Shown here: positions 34,759 to 47,309 of the stretch, piece after piece | Layout: each line of letters opens with the position of its first letter | Numbering within the stretch: the stretch's first letter is position 1 | Assembly: GCA_963693365.1 (NCBI GenBank) | Contig: CAVNZM010000010.1 | Span: forward strand, 2,914,001-2,978,000 | Reading direction: 5' to 3' | Source: Amoebidium appalachense | Taxonomy: Eukaryota > Protista > Ichthyosporea | DNA length: 64,000 bases | Notes under the pieces: model-generated | Seen by the model: the letters and a program-made list of their open reading frames with translations, nothing else | Database searches by the model: none | Told to the model about the DNA's origin: nothing | Translations under genes and position numbers: made by a program

Positions 34759-36354
34759 GAGAGATATGGCACGTATATTTCACACATGGTATATCCACCG
34801 TATATTCTTTACAAGGTATATGCACCGTATGTCCCTTATATTCCACTCTATATCCACACATGGTATATCCACCGTGCCCCGTGTATTGAATGCATGATAT
34901 ATGGCACCCAGTCTATCCCTTGCAGGGTGTATCCTTTGCATGGCATATCCCATGCATATTATCCAAACCGTCCATGCCCACCAATGTATCCTAGAATTCC
35001 TCCCTTTTTTGGGCCAGCATTCATTGGTTGGATAGGGGCTGTGTGACCGGCATATCCCACTGCAAATAGATATACTAGCACCCACCCTAAATAGCGAGAT
35101 AGTGTGGTAGGTCGACACAGACCCACTACCGGCCACCTGTGTATATCCCACGTCTATCTCGGCCTGTACATATCTCTTTATATGGCAAAACAGCCAGCAG
35201 GAGGCTGCAAGCTGGGCCATGGGTTGCCGGCAGGCCGGCAGCCAAAAAATTACATATGAATGTATGTGCATGTGCACATGTGTGGCTGGTGTGTACGTGT
35301 GTGTTGATCGAGTGCATGCATGCATATTTATTTGTTGCTTGTGTGTGCACGGTGTTTGTGTGTTTATATGTGCTTACGTCTGCGTGCGTACACGTGTGTG
35401 TGTGTGTTAGTGTGTGTACATGGGTTAATGCTACGTGTCAGCACAAACCTTTTGCAGTGTGCATGTGTATGACCATATCAGACTCACACCGCCGCCGCCG
35501 CCCTTGTTGCAATTGTAGCACCGTGGACACGCATGCAGTCACGAGATTAAGGTCTTTCTTTTAAACTGTTGGTGTGCCGATTTGCCTGTTGGCTGTGTGG
35601 GTTTCGAATTTGGCTTATGGGCCCTTTCCGGCCAAAATATTGATGCTGTTAACAAGTTTGGTGAGCATCACGCCAATCATATAGTGTATAGATCACTTCT
35701 GGGTCTGACCCGACACGGATCATTGATAAACATTGGAGGTATGCAACGGTCCAATTGCCTGCGCATGCCATGAGTGCATGCAAACGGCCCAGATGAAGAC
35801 TCAGAGCACGTGCACACGGTGCTGGGCATATGTCTGCATGGAGACTTGCCAAGGGGTGCACAGCCGTGCATTGGTGGGTGTGGTCTGGCACGGGCATATG
35901 CATGTGCTTGCCCTACGCTGTTTGATTCTCTGACCAACTGTGTTCATGTGCCTACGTAGCAGGCAGTGGTGGCCGTTCCATCCAGACACAAACCCAAACC
36001 CCAGTGGAAACCGTGACCCGTGCACGTGCCTGCGCTGGTGACCGGCGGCGGGGTGTGTTTGGGGGGGGGGGGGGGGGGGGGGGGGGGGAGGGGCGGGCTT
36101 CATCGATCTTGGGCACGTGACTCTTATTCGTGTGCTGGGCCACCAGAGGGCACCCAACCATTTACTCCCAGAGACCTGCTGGCTCATCCAATCACTTGTG
36201 GCCCACATATGTGCCCAGCACACATGCGCCAATACCAGACGTTGAAACGAAAACAAGATCTGAAAGAATTAGCTGCAAACAGAAATGGGAAATAAGAAAC
36301 AAAAAATAATTCATCCAAGTCCCATACCCATTTCCCCCGCCTCCCTGCTTTCTT

Positions 36355-36391
<37 letters not shown>

Positions 36392-36491
36392 AAAAGACAA
36401 ACTGCTCATCGTTGAGACGGCCGTCTGCGTCCGGCCGTCGTTGCTGAAGCCCTGTGTGTGTGTGTGTGTGCGTGTGTGTGCGTGTGTGTGC

Positions 36492-36526
<35 letters not shown>

Positions 36527-36774
36527 CGTGCGTGGATGTGTGTGCGTTGACGCCGCCCCCCTGGATGTTTGTTTGCGTTAGTGTATCTTTTGTGTAGTGT
36601 GTAGTGTGTAGTGTGTAGTGTGTAGTGTGGTGTGTGGTGTGTGGTGTGTAGTGTGTATTGTGTAGTGTGTAGTGTGTGTGTCCAGCGTAGGTATGGTATA
36701 TAAAGGCACACCCATGCACGTGTGTGTGTGTGGGCCTGCATGCTCCTATCGCCACAATCGAATTGCATCAAAGT

Positions 36775-36896
<122 letters not shown>

Positions 36897-37893
36897 TGTG
36901 TTCATGCGTGTGTGCGTTTATTTATGTGAATTCGAGTGTGAGTGAGCATGTGTGCCTGTGTTCATGTGTGCATGCATGTGCATGGGTGTGTATGCGTGTG
37001 CATGGGTGTGAGCGTGTATGTGTGCATGTGTATGGGGTTGTGTGCATGGGTATGTATGGGTGTGTATGTGTGCATGCATGTACATGGGTGTGTAGCGCGT
37101 GTGTGCATGCATGTACATGGGTGTGGTTGTGTGCATGCATGTACATGGGTGTGTAGCGCGTGTGTGCATGCATGTACATGGGTGTGTAGTGCGTGTGTGC
37201 ATGCATGTACAGTGCACGTGTACGGCTGGGTATGTTTGTGTGTATTGATGTGTGCGGTTGGCACTACTCAACACTAGTCATTCCTGGAACACACGGCAAA
37301 AGGATGTCCATGTGACCATATACGTTATGTAAACCTCCCATGATGATATCACCCCCCCCCCCCCCCCCTCCCCCGCAGCCCCGACACACAATCGCAACCC
37401 CCCCCCCCCCCACACACACACACCCTCCACAACACGCATGCATGCAGGCACGCACACCATGTGCATGCTCGGACCACATGAAGCAGGCACCAGTAACGAC
37501 GCTCATGTGCAGGCAGACACTTGCATGCACACAGACACTTGCACGCACACAGACACACAGCAGCAGAAAACAAGACAGGACATGTGGGGTACATGGGGCC
37601 GTGGAGGGCAGAGGGTAGGTAGATGGAAACACACGGTGAAAGGGGCAGCAGGCATGAGGGTGCGCAAGGAGGGTAGGCCACGGGTAATGGGGGGGGAGGA
37701 ACATGGCCACCACCACAGACAGGCGTTTGTACACATGTATGTGGCTGTCTTGGTGTGCATACACGTGTGGCTGTCTTGGTGTGCGTGCACGTGTGGCTGT
37801 CTTGGTGTGCATGCACGTGTGGCTGGCTGTCTTGGTGTGCATGCACGCATGTGCAAGAGCACAGGTCTGTATATTTGCCGATCTGCTTGATTC

Positions 37894-37966
37894 TTAGTGT
37901 CTGAGCATGTGCGTGCTGCATGGTGGTCACTTTGCGCATCAGATTGTTCATGTCTATGAGTTCGAA

Positions 37967-38034
<68 letters not shown>

Positions 38035-38152
38035 GGGTCATGCACGTATGTGGTATCGTGTGGTGCATATGTGTGTGGATGTGTCGGGTACAAGTGTGCG
38101 CGCGCATGTGTGTGTGTGTATGCCCCTGCGTGTGTGCGTGTGTGCATGCCCC

Positions 38153-38186
<34 letters not shown>

Positions 38187-38323
38187 CACGTACTTGCGCT
38201 TCAAGACCTCTGCCTCCACAAGCTGGCGGTGCTCTTTCAGCGCACTCTCCCTCTCCCCCAGCACCACTTTTATGTGGTTCATGGATGTGCGCACCTGCAC
38301 CACACCGTCAGGTCCCATTGGTC

Positions 38324-38356
<33 letters not shown>

Positions 38357-39333
38357 TCTCTCTCTCTCTCTCTTTCTCTCTCGCCCTCCCTCCCTCCCTC
38401 CCTCCCTCCGTCAATCTCTCCCTCCCTCCCTCCCTCGCCCTCCCTCCCTCCGCTCTCTCTCTCTCCCTCCCTCTCTCTCTCCCCCTTTCATTCTCTCTAG
38501 CCCAAAATCCTTCTTTTTTGTTGCATCTCACCCACTCGCACGACCCCGCACTGTCATCCCCCTTCCCCTCCCTCCGAGTCTCCCACTCTCCCTCCCTCGT
38601 TCCCCACCTCCCGCCCAACCCTACGCCCCTTCCCAACTCTAACTCTCTCTTGTGTCTCTTAAGACTCTCACCAACAGCCATCCACACTCACACACGTCCA
38701 CCTTCAGCTTTACCGCTTATTCCCTTTTCCCAACATCCCTGCCCCCTGCTATTATGTTTCTCTGCCTGCCTCTGCCCCTCACCTTTTTCATACGGTCTGG
38801 CTCCTCTATTCTTGCCCTGTGCATGCGTGCATCGTGCTGCATGGTCAGCAGCATGTTGCGCTCCTTAAGCAGCACATACCTGCCCCGCCCGTCAGTGGGC
38901 ACACCTGCACGCCCACACCCTGCTCGCAGTCACATAACAAATATCACTGCCACACAGGCCCGAGCACGTGCAAGTCAGGCAAGTGAAGGCTTGGAACAGC
39001 TTGCAGCAGCTACCTCCTGCTCCCCCCCCTCCCCCGCCCACACACACACCCACATCCACACACGACACACACTCACCACAGCTTGTGCAGGTCCTCGAAG
39101 CTCTTGCGTCGCAGCTCACTGGCCGTCCATTCCCTCCCTGCCCCCAACGTGTCAGCCAGCCAGCCAGCCCCCCCCCCCCCCTCCTCCCCCCTGCACAGGC
39201 ACGTACCTGTAGGCGGCTTCACCGTGACCCCCTGCTTGAGCGCGTGCGCGTCAAAGAACTCCTCCAGCCCCCGCAGCGGCGCAGCAGACCGCACAGGCCG
39301 CACGGTGCGTCGGAGCAGCTGCAGGAGTGCCAT
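37894..39333 (-). CDS. MRPL47: Mitochondrial ribosomal protein L47 (uL29m)
   Basis: Exons 39333-39207, 39137-39077, 38879-38783 and 38294-38194 give a presequence-like N-terminus, [29 protein letters not shown]|[12 protein letters not shown] and RMKK|[15 protein letters not shown]. The last exon (37915-37894) is tentative. Confidence 0.92.
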
Positions 39334-40059
39334 GCTGTCTGTGCACGTGTGTGTGTGTGCGTCTTGATGTGCCCGTGTGTGTGTGTGTGTGTGCCTATGT
39401 GTGCGTGTGTTTGCAGCCCTTGCTGTCGGCAGGCCTTACGCGCGTGCCCTTCCCAATCAGTCCAAGTGCTTCTGGCCTGCCTGCACACGCTTTAAAGCGA
39501 CCACAGAACATGTACATAAGTTGTGTTTTCGCTTCCGTACAATCTGTGCGAGCATGCGTGCCTGCTGCGCCATGCCATGCCCATGGGTGGGCCCTATGCG
39601 ATTTGGACCGATCGGCTGCGATGGCGATCCCATGCAAGGGCGCCAAAATGGACTGCGCGCCGTACTCTACTGTCCGGCACTCCGGGAAAAACAGAAGTGA
39701 AAAACAGCCCAAAACCAAATACAAGTGATGGGTTTGGAGCGCAGCCACAGAAAATATTGTTTAACACTAGAAACACTATATCAACACGCCAATAGCATAC
39801 TCTGAAGGCAAAGGCACAAGCCACGGCACATACCTGCAGGCAGGGCTTAGACGGAGAGGCACGGCAAAGCACTGAGCTTGCAGAAAGGTGAACCCAGGGT
39901 GGAGCAGCCACCCAGCCAAGGGGTTAGGGAGACACCCACAGACGGAGAGGCAGGAAACTCCACAGCCGCACGCAAAGCAAACACCACAGAGAGGCAGGCA
40001 GGGAGGCAGGCAGGCAGGCAGGCAGAACACAGCACAGCCAGGCGGACAGGCAGGGGGCC

Positions 40060-40812
40060 ATGGGGGCGCGACGGGGAGGGTACGGGGCTGCCGCTTTTGC
40101 GTGTGCGGCGGCTGGTCAAGAGCGACGGCAGTGTGCACAGCACGCGGGATGAGGCCGTGGTGGCCACAGCACGTGCGACCGTACGTACCTGCTATCCACA
40201 CACACAGACACACACAGACACACACACAAGCACACATACACACATACACACACTTTCGGATTCCCTCTGGCTCCCCTCCATGACTCTCACTTGCACTGGC
40301 TCTGTCTCTTGATTCAAACACACCGTGGCACACTCACTCACACACACACACATTCTCTCTGAGATTCACTCTCTCTTTCTATCTCCCACTCTCCCCCTCT
40401 TTCTTGCCCTCCCCCCCCCCCCCCCCCCCCCCTTTTCCCTCCTGAATCTCTTCTCTTGCTCGTACTTTTCCCGCACTTTGCCTTCAATCGTCTAACTGCT
40501 CCCCCCCCCCCCCCACTCTTTGTACTGACGGTGTACACAGGAGCTCTTCGTGCAGCACCTTGTGAGGACGGCAGCAGAGGTGGCAAGGAAGGACCGGAGA
40601 AAGGTGCTACAGTACAAGGACCTAGGTGTGTGCATGGGGCTGTGGTGTGGGTGGGTGGGTGTGTGTGTGTGGGTGTGGGTGTGGGTGTGGGTGTGAGTGT
40701 GCGAATGGGTGGTGTGGGTGTGTGTGTGGGTTAATGCTTGTCCTTGTGTGTGCGTGTGCGCGCGCGTGTGCGTGCATACGCGCGTGTGTGCAGGTGTGTG
40801 TGTCTGCGTGTG

Positions 40813-40901
<89 letters not shown>

Positions 40902-40934
40902 TACGCGTGCATGCTCTTTTTGTGTGTACGTCAC

Positions 40935-40969
<35 letters not shown>

Positions 40970-41354
40970 TGTGTGAGTGTGTGTGTGTTGTGTGTGGTGT
41001 GTATGTATGTGTATGCTCGTGTGTGTCTTTGTATGTGTGCCACCGCACAACAACATGTCCATATGTGTGTGTGCGCACAGCACAAGACTATTGGTGTGTG
41101 TGTGGGGCCACTGACTGGTGGCGGGTATCAGCGGCAGCCGTGGCCGAGCAGGACAACCTTCACTTTCTTGCGGGTAAGTGCCTGGGCCAGGGGGGGGGTG
41201 CGGTCTGGGTGAAAGGAGGAAGGAGGGGACAGAGGGGGGGGAGGGGGGGGGGGGACTGCCTAAACAGGGTGTCTGAGAGGGGATGTGTGCAGACATCGTG
41301 CCGGAGAGGGTGTCGTATGCAAAGGCCCTGAAGGAGAGGGAGGACCGTGCATGA
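40060..41354 (+). CDS. H2A-type histone-fold protein of the CHRAC1 / POLE4 (Dpb3) group
   Basis: Exons ~40060-40180, 40541-40625, 41132-41173 and 41293-41354 give LPLLRVRRLVKSD..EAVVATARAT|ELFVQHL..RKVLQYKDL|AAAVAEQDNLHFLA|DIVPERV..*. The ATG at 40060 is in frame only if the following G-run is one base shorter, so the start is uncertain. Confidence 0.85.
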
Positions 41355-41596
41355 CGTCAGCAGAGAAGTTGTAGAAATGGGGCAGTGCCCGCTGGACGGC
41401 CAGAGCCCAGAAAGAGCAAGTAAACGGGGTAGCTGCACGTGCAGATGGGTGTGGTGTGCACGGGCACGTGTATTGGTTGGTGCGTCTTGCTTCATACAGC
41501 TGGGTGGTATTTACATATATATTCCCCTGCGACCTTCATTCTTTCAACGCCTACATGCCTACGTCCTTCGTGCTTCACCGTCGTATGGCCCAGGTG

Positions 41597-42020
41597 CTAT
41601 GGCAGCACACTGTGACCGCTGGCATAGAGCAGGGTGGCAAGGGTGGTCTGTGCGCCCAGGTGGGCCTGCAGCACCCTCAGACAGTTGAGAGCCATGGCTG
41701 CACTGAGCCCTGGGGGGCAGGCCTTTGCGTGCCACAGGTGCACTAGTCCAGGCTCGTAGGCCCTGAACACCGTGTAGGTGCGCGCAGCAACAAAGCGTCC
41801 GTGCAGATACACGTCCTCGCCCCCCCAGGCCTCAAACTGGTCCCCAGCAAACCCGCCCACCCGCTGGTAGTCTGTGCGGTGCATGCAGGCCATGCCCAGC
41901 CCCGACTCTCTGAAGAACCCCCCACTAGTGCCCAGTGCCAGCTGGCCGGGCTGCAGGCTGTAGACCACCGGGAAGTACACCTGCACCCATGTTAGCACGG
42001 CCTGCCTCTTGTGTGTGTGT

Positions 42021-42068
<48 letters not shown>

Positions 42069-44051
42069 CACCTGGGAGCCCTGGACCGTGCCTGCCCTGC
42101 AGCGCCGCAGTGCACCGGGTGTCAGCAGCATGTCCACGTCACACAGAAGCAGCAGCCCAATGGCCACCTGCTGCGCCGCAGCATGCAGCCCCCGTGCCCT
42201 CGAGAAGGCCCCGTCCACCCCCACCACCAGCAGCCTGTCTGTGTGGGCCCCCAGGGCAGAACCAAACAGCCGCCTGTTGGCCGTGACCTCGTTGGGCCCA
42301 CCAAACACGGCCACGACCAGGTGCAGCTCCTTGTCCTGCGCCATTAGCCCCTTCATTATGGCCCCAAACCGCTGGGCCGTGGCTGCCCTGCCCTGCAGCG
42401 CCACCAGCACGTGCAGAGGCCCAGCCTCCACCCGGCCCCTTGCTGTGGCCTGCATGCCCTGGCCGTATGTTGCCTGCACGTCCACGGTGTGCACGTGGCC
42501 CTGTGCCTGCACGTGCAGCACATAGCTGGGCCCCCTGGCCCTCTGCAGCTGCCGGTAGACACCCAGCACCGTGGCCTGCCCAGCCCCCAGCACGTGCCTT
42601 GCTGCCTGCTGCGCTGCCGCCAGGCCCTGTGCCGTGCCGTCAGCCATGCTGGCCAGCACTGTGCCGTGGTCGTGGGGCCCAAACAGGTGGCCCCCCAGCA
42701 GCAGCTGCCAGGCGCTGGGCCCGGCCACCTGCTGCTCGTCCTGGCCGTCCTCCTCTTCCTTGCCCTCACCCAGGCCCCCCAGGTCCTCGTCCTCTGGCCC
42801 TGCTGGCCGTGCAGGGCTGCTTGGTGCAGGCAGGGCCGGCAGGGCAGCCAGGCCGGGCAGCAGCCTAGAGGCCACGTGCTGCAGGGCCAGCAGCCAGGCC
42901 CTGCCCTGTGGGCCGTAGTCCAGGCCGGCCCGAGCCACGGCCAGGCCACCCAGAAGGGTTGGCAGGTTGCTCGCCTGCAGGGCCTCACCAGGCTGCAGCC
43001 GCAGCACCAGGCTGCTGGGCACGTGTACTAGGGGGGGCCAGGGCCCACGACGGGCACACAGCCCTGCTGTAGCGCCCAGTAGGCCGCCAGCCGGGTGGGG
43101 GCCACACACAGACCCCCCCCTACAGTGAGGGTGGCCCCCACTTGCTCAAAGGGCGCTGCTGGTTGGGTGCCCAGGGGGGCCGACCAGGGCAGAGGTGCAG
43201 CAAGCAGGATGCCGTTTGCTGGCTGCAGCACATAGACGGTCTGCTGGGCCACACGCAGGGGGGGTGGGGCCTGCACAGGGCCATATGTGAGGTGGGTGGC
43301 ACGGCAGCAGCCACACACAGCAGCACAGGCCAAAGCAAACACAAAACCCGGTGGTAACCCCCTCCCTGCGTATCTCCACCCTTCTCTTTTGCATACCCGG
43401 CCCTCGCTGCCCCCCCCTCCCCCCCCCCCCCCCCTTCCCTGGTGGCCAAAACGCACCCCCGCACGCACCGTGTCCAGTAGTGATGGCAGCAGTATGGTCT
43501 GTGAACCCACAGGTTGTGGCCCCTCCGTGTCCTCCACTAACACCAGCCCCTGCACACACACACACACACGTTAGCCTAAAACCCCCCCCTTCAGCCCTCC
43601 TCCATCACTCTGGTATCCTCACCAGACGCACCTTATCTGCTGGTGCTGCTGCCAGGCCCACCGTGGCCACCCCTCTCACCCCCAGGTGCACGCCCAGCAC
43701 GGGCCCACAGCCCTTTTGTGGGCCCACAGGCAGTGACTGGAGGTGGGCTTCTAGGTGCCTGCCCAGGGCCGACGTGGGGCTGCCGTGCACGGCCAGCAGC
43801 ACACAGGTAGCCCCCACCCTGCATACGCACAGTACTTAGCAACGGCACAGCCTGGGCCACAACAGGCCCATTGCAATTGTTAACACAGTGCAGGACACCT
43901 ACCTCAGTACCCGGTGGTCCGCAGGGGGCCGACTATTGGCTGAGGGCTGCTGTGGCGTGGCGCGTGTGTGGAAGGGCGCCAGCCAGCAGGCCGCAGCAAG
44001 CAGCACGGCTATGCCACAGAGAACCAGCCGGGGCCGCACGGCCCACCCCAT
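41597..44051 (-). CDS. Type II Golgi glycosyltransferase with a C-terminal chondroitin synthase / chondroitin GalNAc-transferase (CHGN) domain and an exostosin-like N-terminal region
   Basis: Exons 44051-43903, 43818-43632, 43549-43469, 43270-42072 and 41980-41597. N-terminal anchor RLVLCGIAVLLAAACWLAPF. CHGN motifs: LHVLVALQGR, FSRARGL, LLLCDVDM, RRCRAGTVQGSQ|VYFPVVYS, GFFRESGLG, RVGGF, WGGEDVYL, LVHLWH..C. One frameshift in the G7 run at 43031-43037. Confidence 0.85.
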
Positions 44052-44419
44052 TGTGCACCCAGCAGGGGGGCTAGACGGGTGGACAGCAACAAGGGGGGTA
44101 GGGTGGGAGTGGCAGGGTGACAGGGCAGTGGGGCCACAAAGAGCTCCGGCTTGGTTGCGGTGTGGGGTGACAGTGGCGGGGAGTTACAGGTGCCCGCTTT
44201 GTGTGTGTGTGTGCTCAGACCACTCTGTTAGTACGCACATGGCCCAAGTCCACGGTCATGTTGGAAAACGTAGAGCTAATTCAGCGGACACTCCTGCAGC
44301 TGGCCGATCACCGACTCATCGTGGGCACACTTGCAAGATGCATACAGCCCACACATGTTGCGTCACGCATGCCATAAATGGCTGGCAATAAATCCCCCCA
44401 CACCTCAAACCTTTCTGAT

Positions 44420-44480
44420 GGGTCCGGCTCCTCGCCTCCGACGCAGGAGGCACCTGGTTCGAATCCCGGGATGTAGCGCA
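44420..44480 (+). other. tRNA-derived fragment (3' half with B-box), possibly a SINE head
   Basis: CTCGC-CTCCGAC-GCAGG AGGCA CCTGG-TTCGAAT-CCCGG resembles an anticodon arm (CCG) plus a T-arm, each with a mismatch. No D-arm or acceptor stem is seen. Confidence 0.4.
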
Positions 44481-44610
44481 TTGGGGATCGGATGCCCTGA
44501 TGGGACTCACCTGGGTGCAGGACTATGGCAATGGCCTTCTAAGCTAACTCCAACCGGGGTAGTCAAGGATCGGATGCCTTGGCTATTCCTGCATCGAAGA
44601 CGAGGAGCTT

Positions 44611-45897
44611 ATGATTATTGGAGTCGTTATCTCCTCGAGTAGGGGTTTTTGTATTTTCTTCTCTGAGATATCTGTGATATCTCCGGCTTGCTTCTCTTTC
44701 ATGGGGAGGGCCTGAAGGGCCCCAACGAGGAAGGACGCCCTGACGAATCCATCTGAGGACAAAGGAACTGGCGCCGTTCCTTGCCCACTCCGCTGCGTGA
44801 TCCCGTACTCTCTGATAGAGGGGAGTGGGGTGTACGGGACGCGGGGCCGTCAGTTAGTGATCGGCCGGGGCGGGAGCCCCACGACGAGGAGCCCCACGCC
44901 CACGGCCGGCACCATTGGACGGGCTGGGTGAAGTCTGGTCGTTGCCGAAGCCTCCACTACGGGCGGGGTTGCGGCGGGCAGTACTGGAGTGGGCGAGCTG
45001 GAGGCTGGCGGCCTTCTGCCTGGCGGCCACTAGACCACGGTTCCAGGCGGGCAGGAACTCGTGGGAGCTGACACCCTCAACTTCGGCCTTGGCGAAATCG
45101 GCAACTGCAGCACCATACTGAGCACGCATCTTCTGGTAGTTGAGCCGGGAGGCCAGCATGTGGACGACGTCACACTGGTACTGAAGCAGCAGCTTGATCA
45201 TGTGACCCTCGGTTGTTGCCTTAGCCGCGGCAAGGTTGGCACCCTGGATGAGAGCAGACAGAGCACCAATGAGTGTGCAACACTCTTCCCGGGCACCAGC
45301 AGACACCTTGTCGAGCCACCCCCACTGAGGATCCAATGGTTCGGGACCATCGAACAGCCCTTGTTCACACAGGAGGTTGGCAACGTCGCGAAGTGCGGGG
45401 GTGGCTAGGGCAACTTGGGTGCGGGTCTTGATAAGTACCAATGGCGGGGGGGCCCAGCGTTCGGAGCGGGCACCGCTTGTGGTGTCGCCCGCGCTGGGCA
45501 GGAACTCGGTGAGACGCGTCGCGTACTGGTCGGTCATGGCAACTTAGTGCCCTCAGAGGAGGGGCCGATCTACAAGCTATCGTGAGCCCACACTAACAAC
45601 TCAGCGCTTTACAAGTGGCGCTGAGTGAGGGAAGACTGATCAAGGCTTCTCTCGGCTGCAGCTTATATAGCCTGCAGCCAAGATTCAGCGCCAGACCATG
45701 ATTGGTGGAATACACAGCAATTATTCTTTCTTGAAAGATAATTGGTGTATTACACCCAATCAGGTCAATGATTCGAAGAACCAATCGAAATAGTTTCACT
45801 ATTGATGATTATTGGAGTCGTTATCTCCTCGAGTAGGGGTTTTTGTATTTTCTTCTCTGAGATATCTGTGATATCTCCAGCTTGCTTCTCTTTCATG
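44611..45897 (-). mobile_element. Internally deleted DIRS/Ngaro-like (tyrosine-recombinase retrotransposon) element bounded by 93-bp direct repeats
   Basis: 44611-44703 equals 45805-45897 with one mismatch. Between them are a TATA-like CTATATAAG (~45662-45670), an intact 227-aa ORF, and a fragment RVRDHAAEWARNGASSFVLRWIRQGV resembling the conserved N-terminus of DIRS-group RT ORFs. Confidence 0.6.
44854..45537 (-). CDS. Gag-like ORF1 of the DIRS/Ngaro-like element
   Basis: Intronless, CpG-rich 227-aa ORF with a helical-looking core and an RG-rich basic tail, directly upstream of the RT N-terminal fragment. Confidence 0.6.
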   Translation of the reverse strand: MTDQYATRLTEFLPSAGDTTSGARSERWAPPPLVLIKTRTQVALATPALRDVANLLCEQGLFDGPEPLDPQWGWLDKVSAGAREECCTLIGALSALIQGANLAAAKATTEGHMIKLLLQYQCDVVHMLASRLNYQKMRAQYGAAVADFAKAEVEGVSSHEFLPAWNRGLVAARQKAASLQLAHSSTARRNPARSGGFGNDQTSPSPSNGAGRGRGAPRRGAPAPADH

Positions 45898-46623
45898 AGC
45901 ATATATCAATCAAGTCATTATAAAAATAAAAATAAAAAATGCAAGCCACAGATATATAACAAAGCATTAGGTCTCTGGCACTATTAACTTATAGCATGGG
46001 TTAACGCTGAGATCATAGGCACGGCAAGAGGTCAAAAAACTCAACTCCTTCTTCAAACATCTGTTTAGAAACTCCATCCAGTACCGTAAGCGTCAATACT
46101 AGGCTTTGGTGTTAGGGCTGGTCCTTCCTGGGTATGGGAGGTGAGCCGCTGCATTCCTGTACCCAAACAGTACAGATTAAAAAAGAAAAACTCGTTGGAA
46201 AACCCTTTCTCTTGCAAAATTCACCGAGCTGTAGAGCACCCATTAAGGACAGCCTGAGGGCCTTTGCGTGTTCATGGCCACACGCTGCTCTGCAGTTTGA
46301 CTTTGCAGGCTGCCAGCAGCTGGGTTTGGGTCTGACTGCCCAACAGGCCTACCAAGGCGGTCGGGGCTGGCCAGGCCTCTGCCAGTGTGCGTCCCCTCTC
46401 CCTGCCCCCCCCCCCCCCCCCCCCCCCCCCTCCCCCCCCCCCAACCCCCCAACTCCTTCTCTCCCGGCGTCCTCCCCCCGGGCCCTGCACTTTTAGGCTC
46501 TCTGCCTGTGAACCGTCTGTGCCAGCCGTGCCACTTGTGCACAAAGTGGAGTACATAGGTTGGCATGTCTCCCGGAAGAGACTGTGCCCTCTTGCATACA
46601 CAAGTTAACACACACACACACAC

Positions 46624-46664
<41 letters not shown>

Positions 46665-46674
46665 ATGTCTCCCC

Positions 46675-46715
<41 letters not shown>

Positions 46716-46879
46716 CGAGGCTTTCTCTCTCTCCCTCCCCCCCCGGGTCCCCTCACTCCCTCCCTCCCTCCCTCTTTCGAGCTCTTTCGAGCTCTTTCTC
46801 CCCCCCCCCCTCCCTTCCCTCCCTCCCTCTCTCTCCCCTCTCCCCTTCCCCTCTTCTCTCTCCCTCACTCACACACACA

Positions 46880-46923
<44 letters not shown>

Positions 46924-46928
46924 TATAT

Positions 46929-46985
<57 letters not shown>

Positions 46986-47059
46986 CTTATAAATATCAAG
47001 TTGTACTTTGAAATATGTGGCCCTCTCTCCGCTCTCCCCCCCCTCCCCCCCCCTCTCCC

Positions 47060-47090
<31 letters not shown>

Positions 47091-47273
47091 ACTCCCGTCT
47101 CTTTCTCTCCCTCCGTCTCGCTCGTGCCCTCCCTCTTTCCCACCCAGTCGCTCTCTTTTCTCCGGATCCCGCCCTTCCTGAGATAGAGAGAGAGAGAGGG
47201 AGGGGAGGGGGGGGAAGGGGGGGAGGGGAGGGGGGGGGGGGGGGGGGGGAGCGAGAGCGAGAGGCTGCGACAG

Positions 47274-47309
<36 letters not shown>

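Noticed and set aside
34765-35170. TATATCC-rich patch as another CATCAGC-type element end
   Set aside because: The motif resembles the subterminal fields, but no TIR tip or TSD could be found.
44420-44480. Functional tRNA-Arg(CCG) gene
   Set aside because: No D-arm or acceptor stem, and mismatches in both visible stems.
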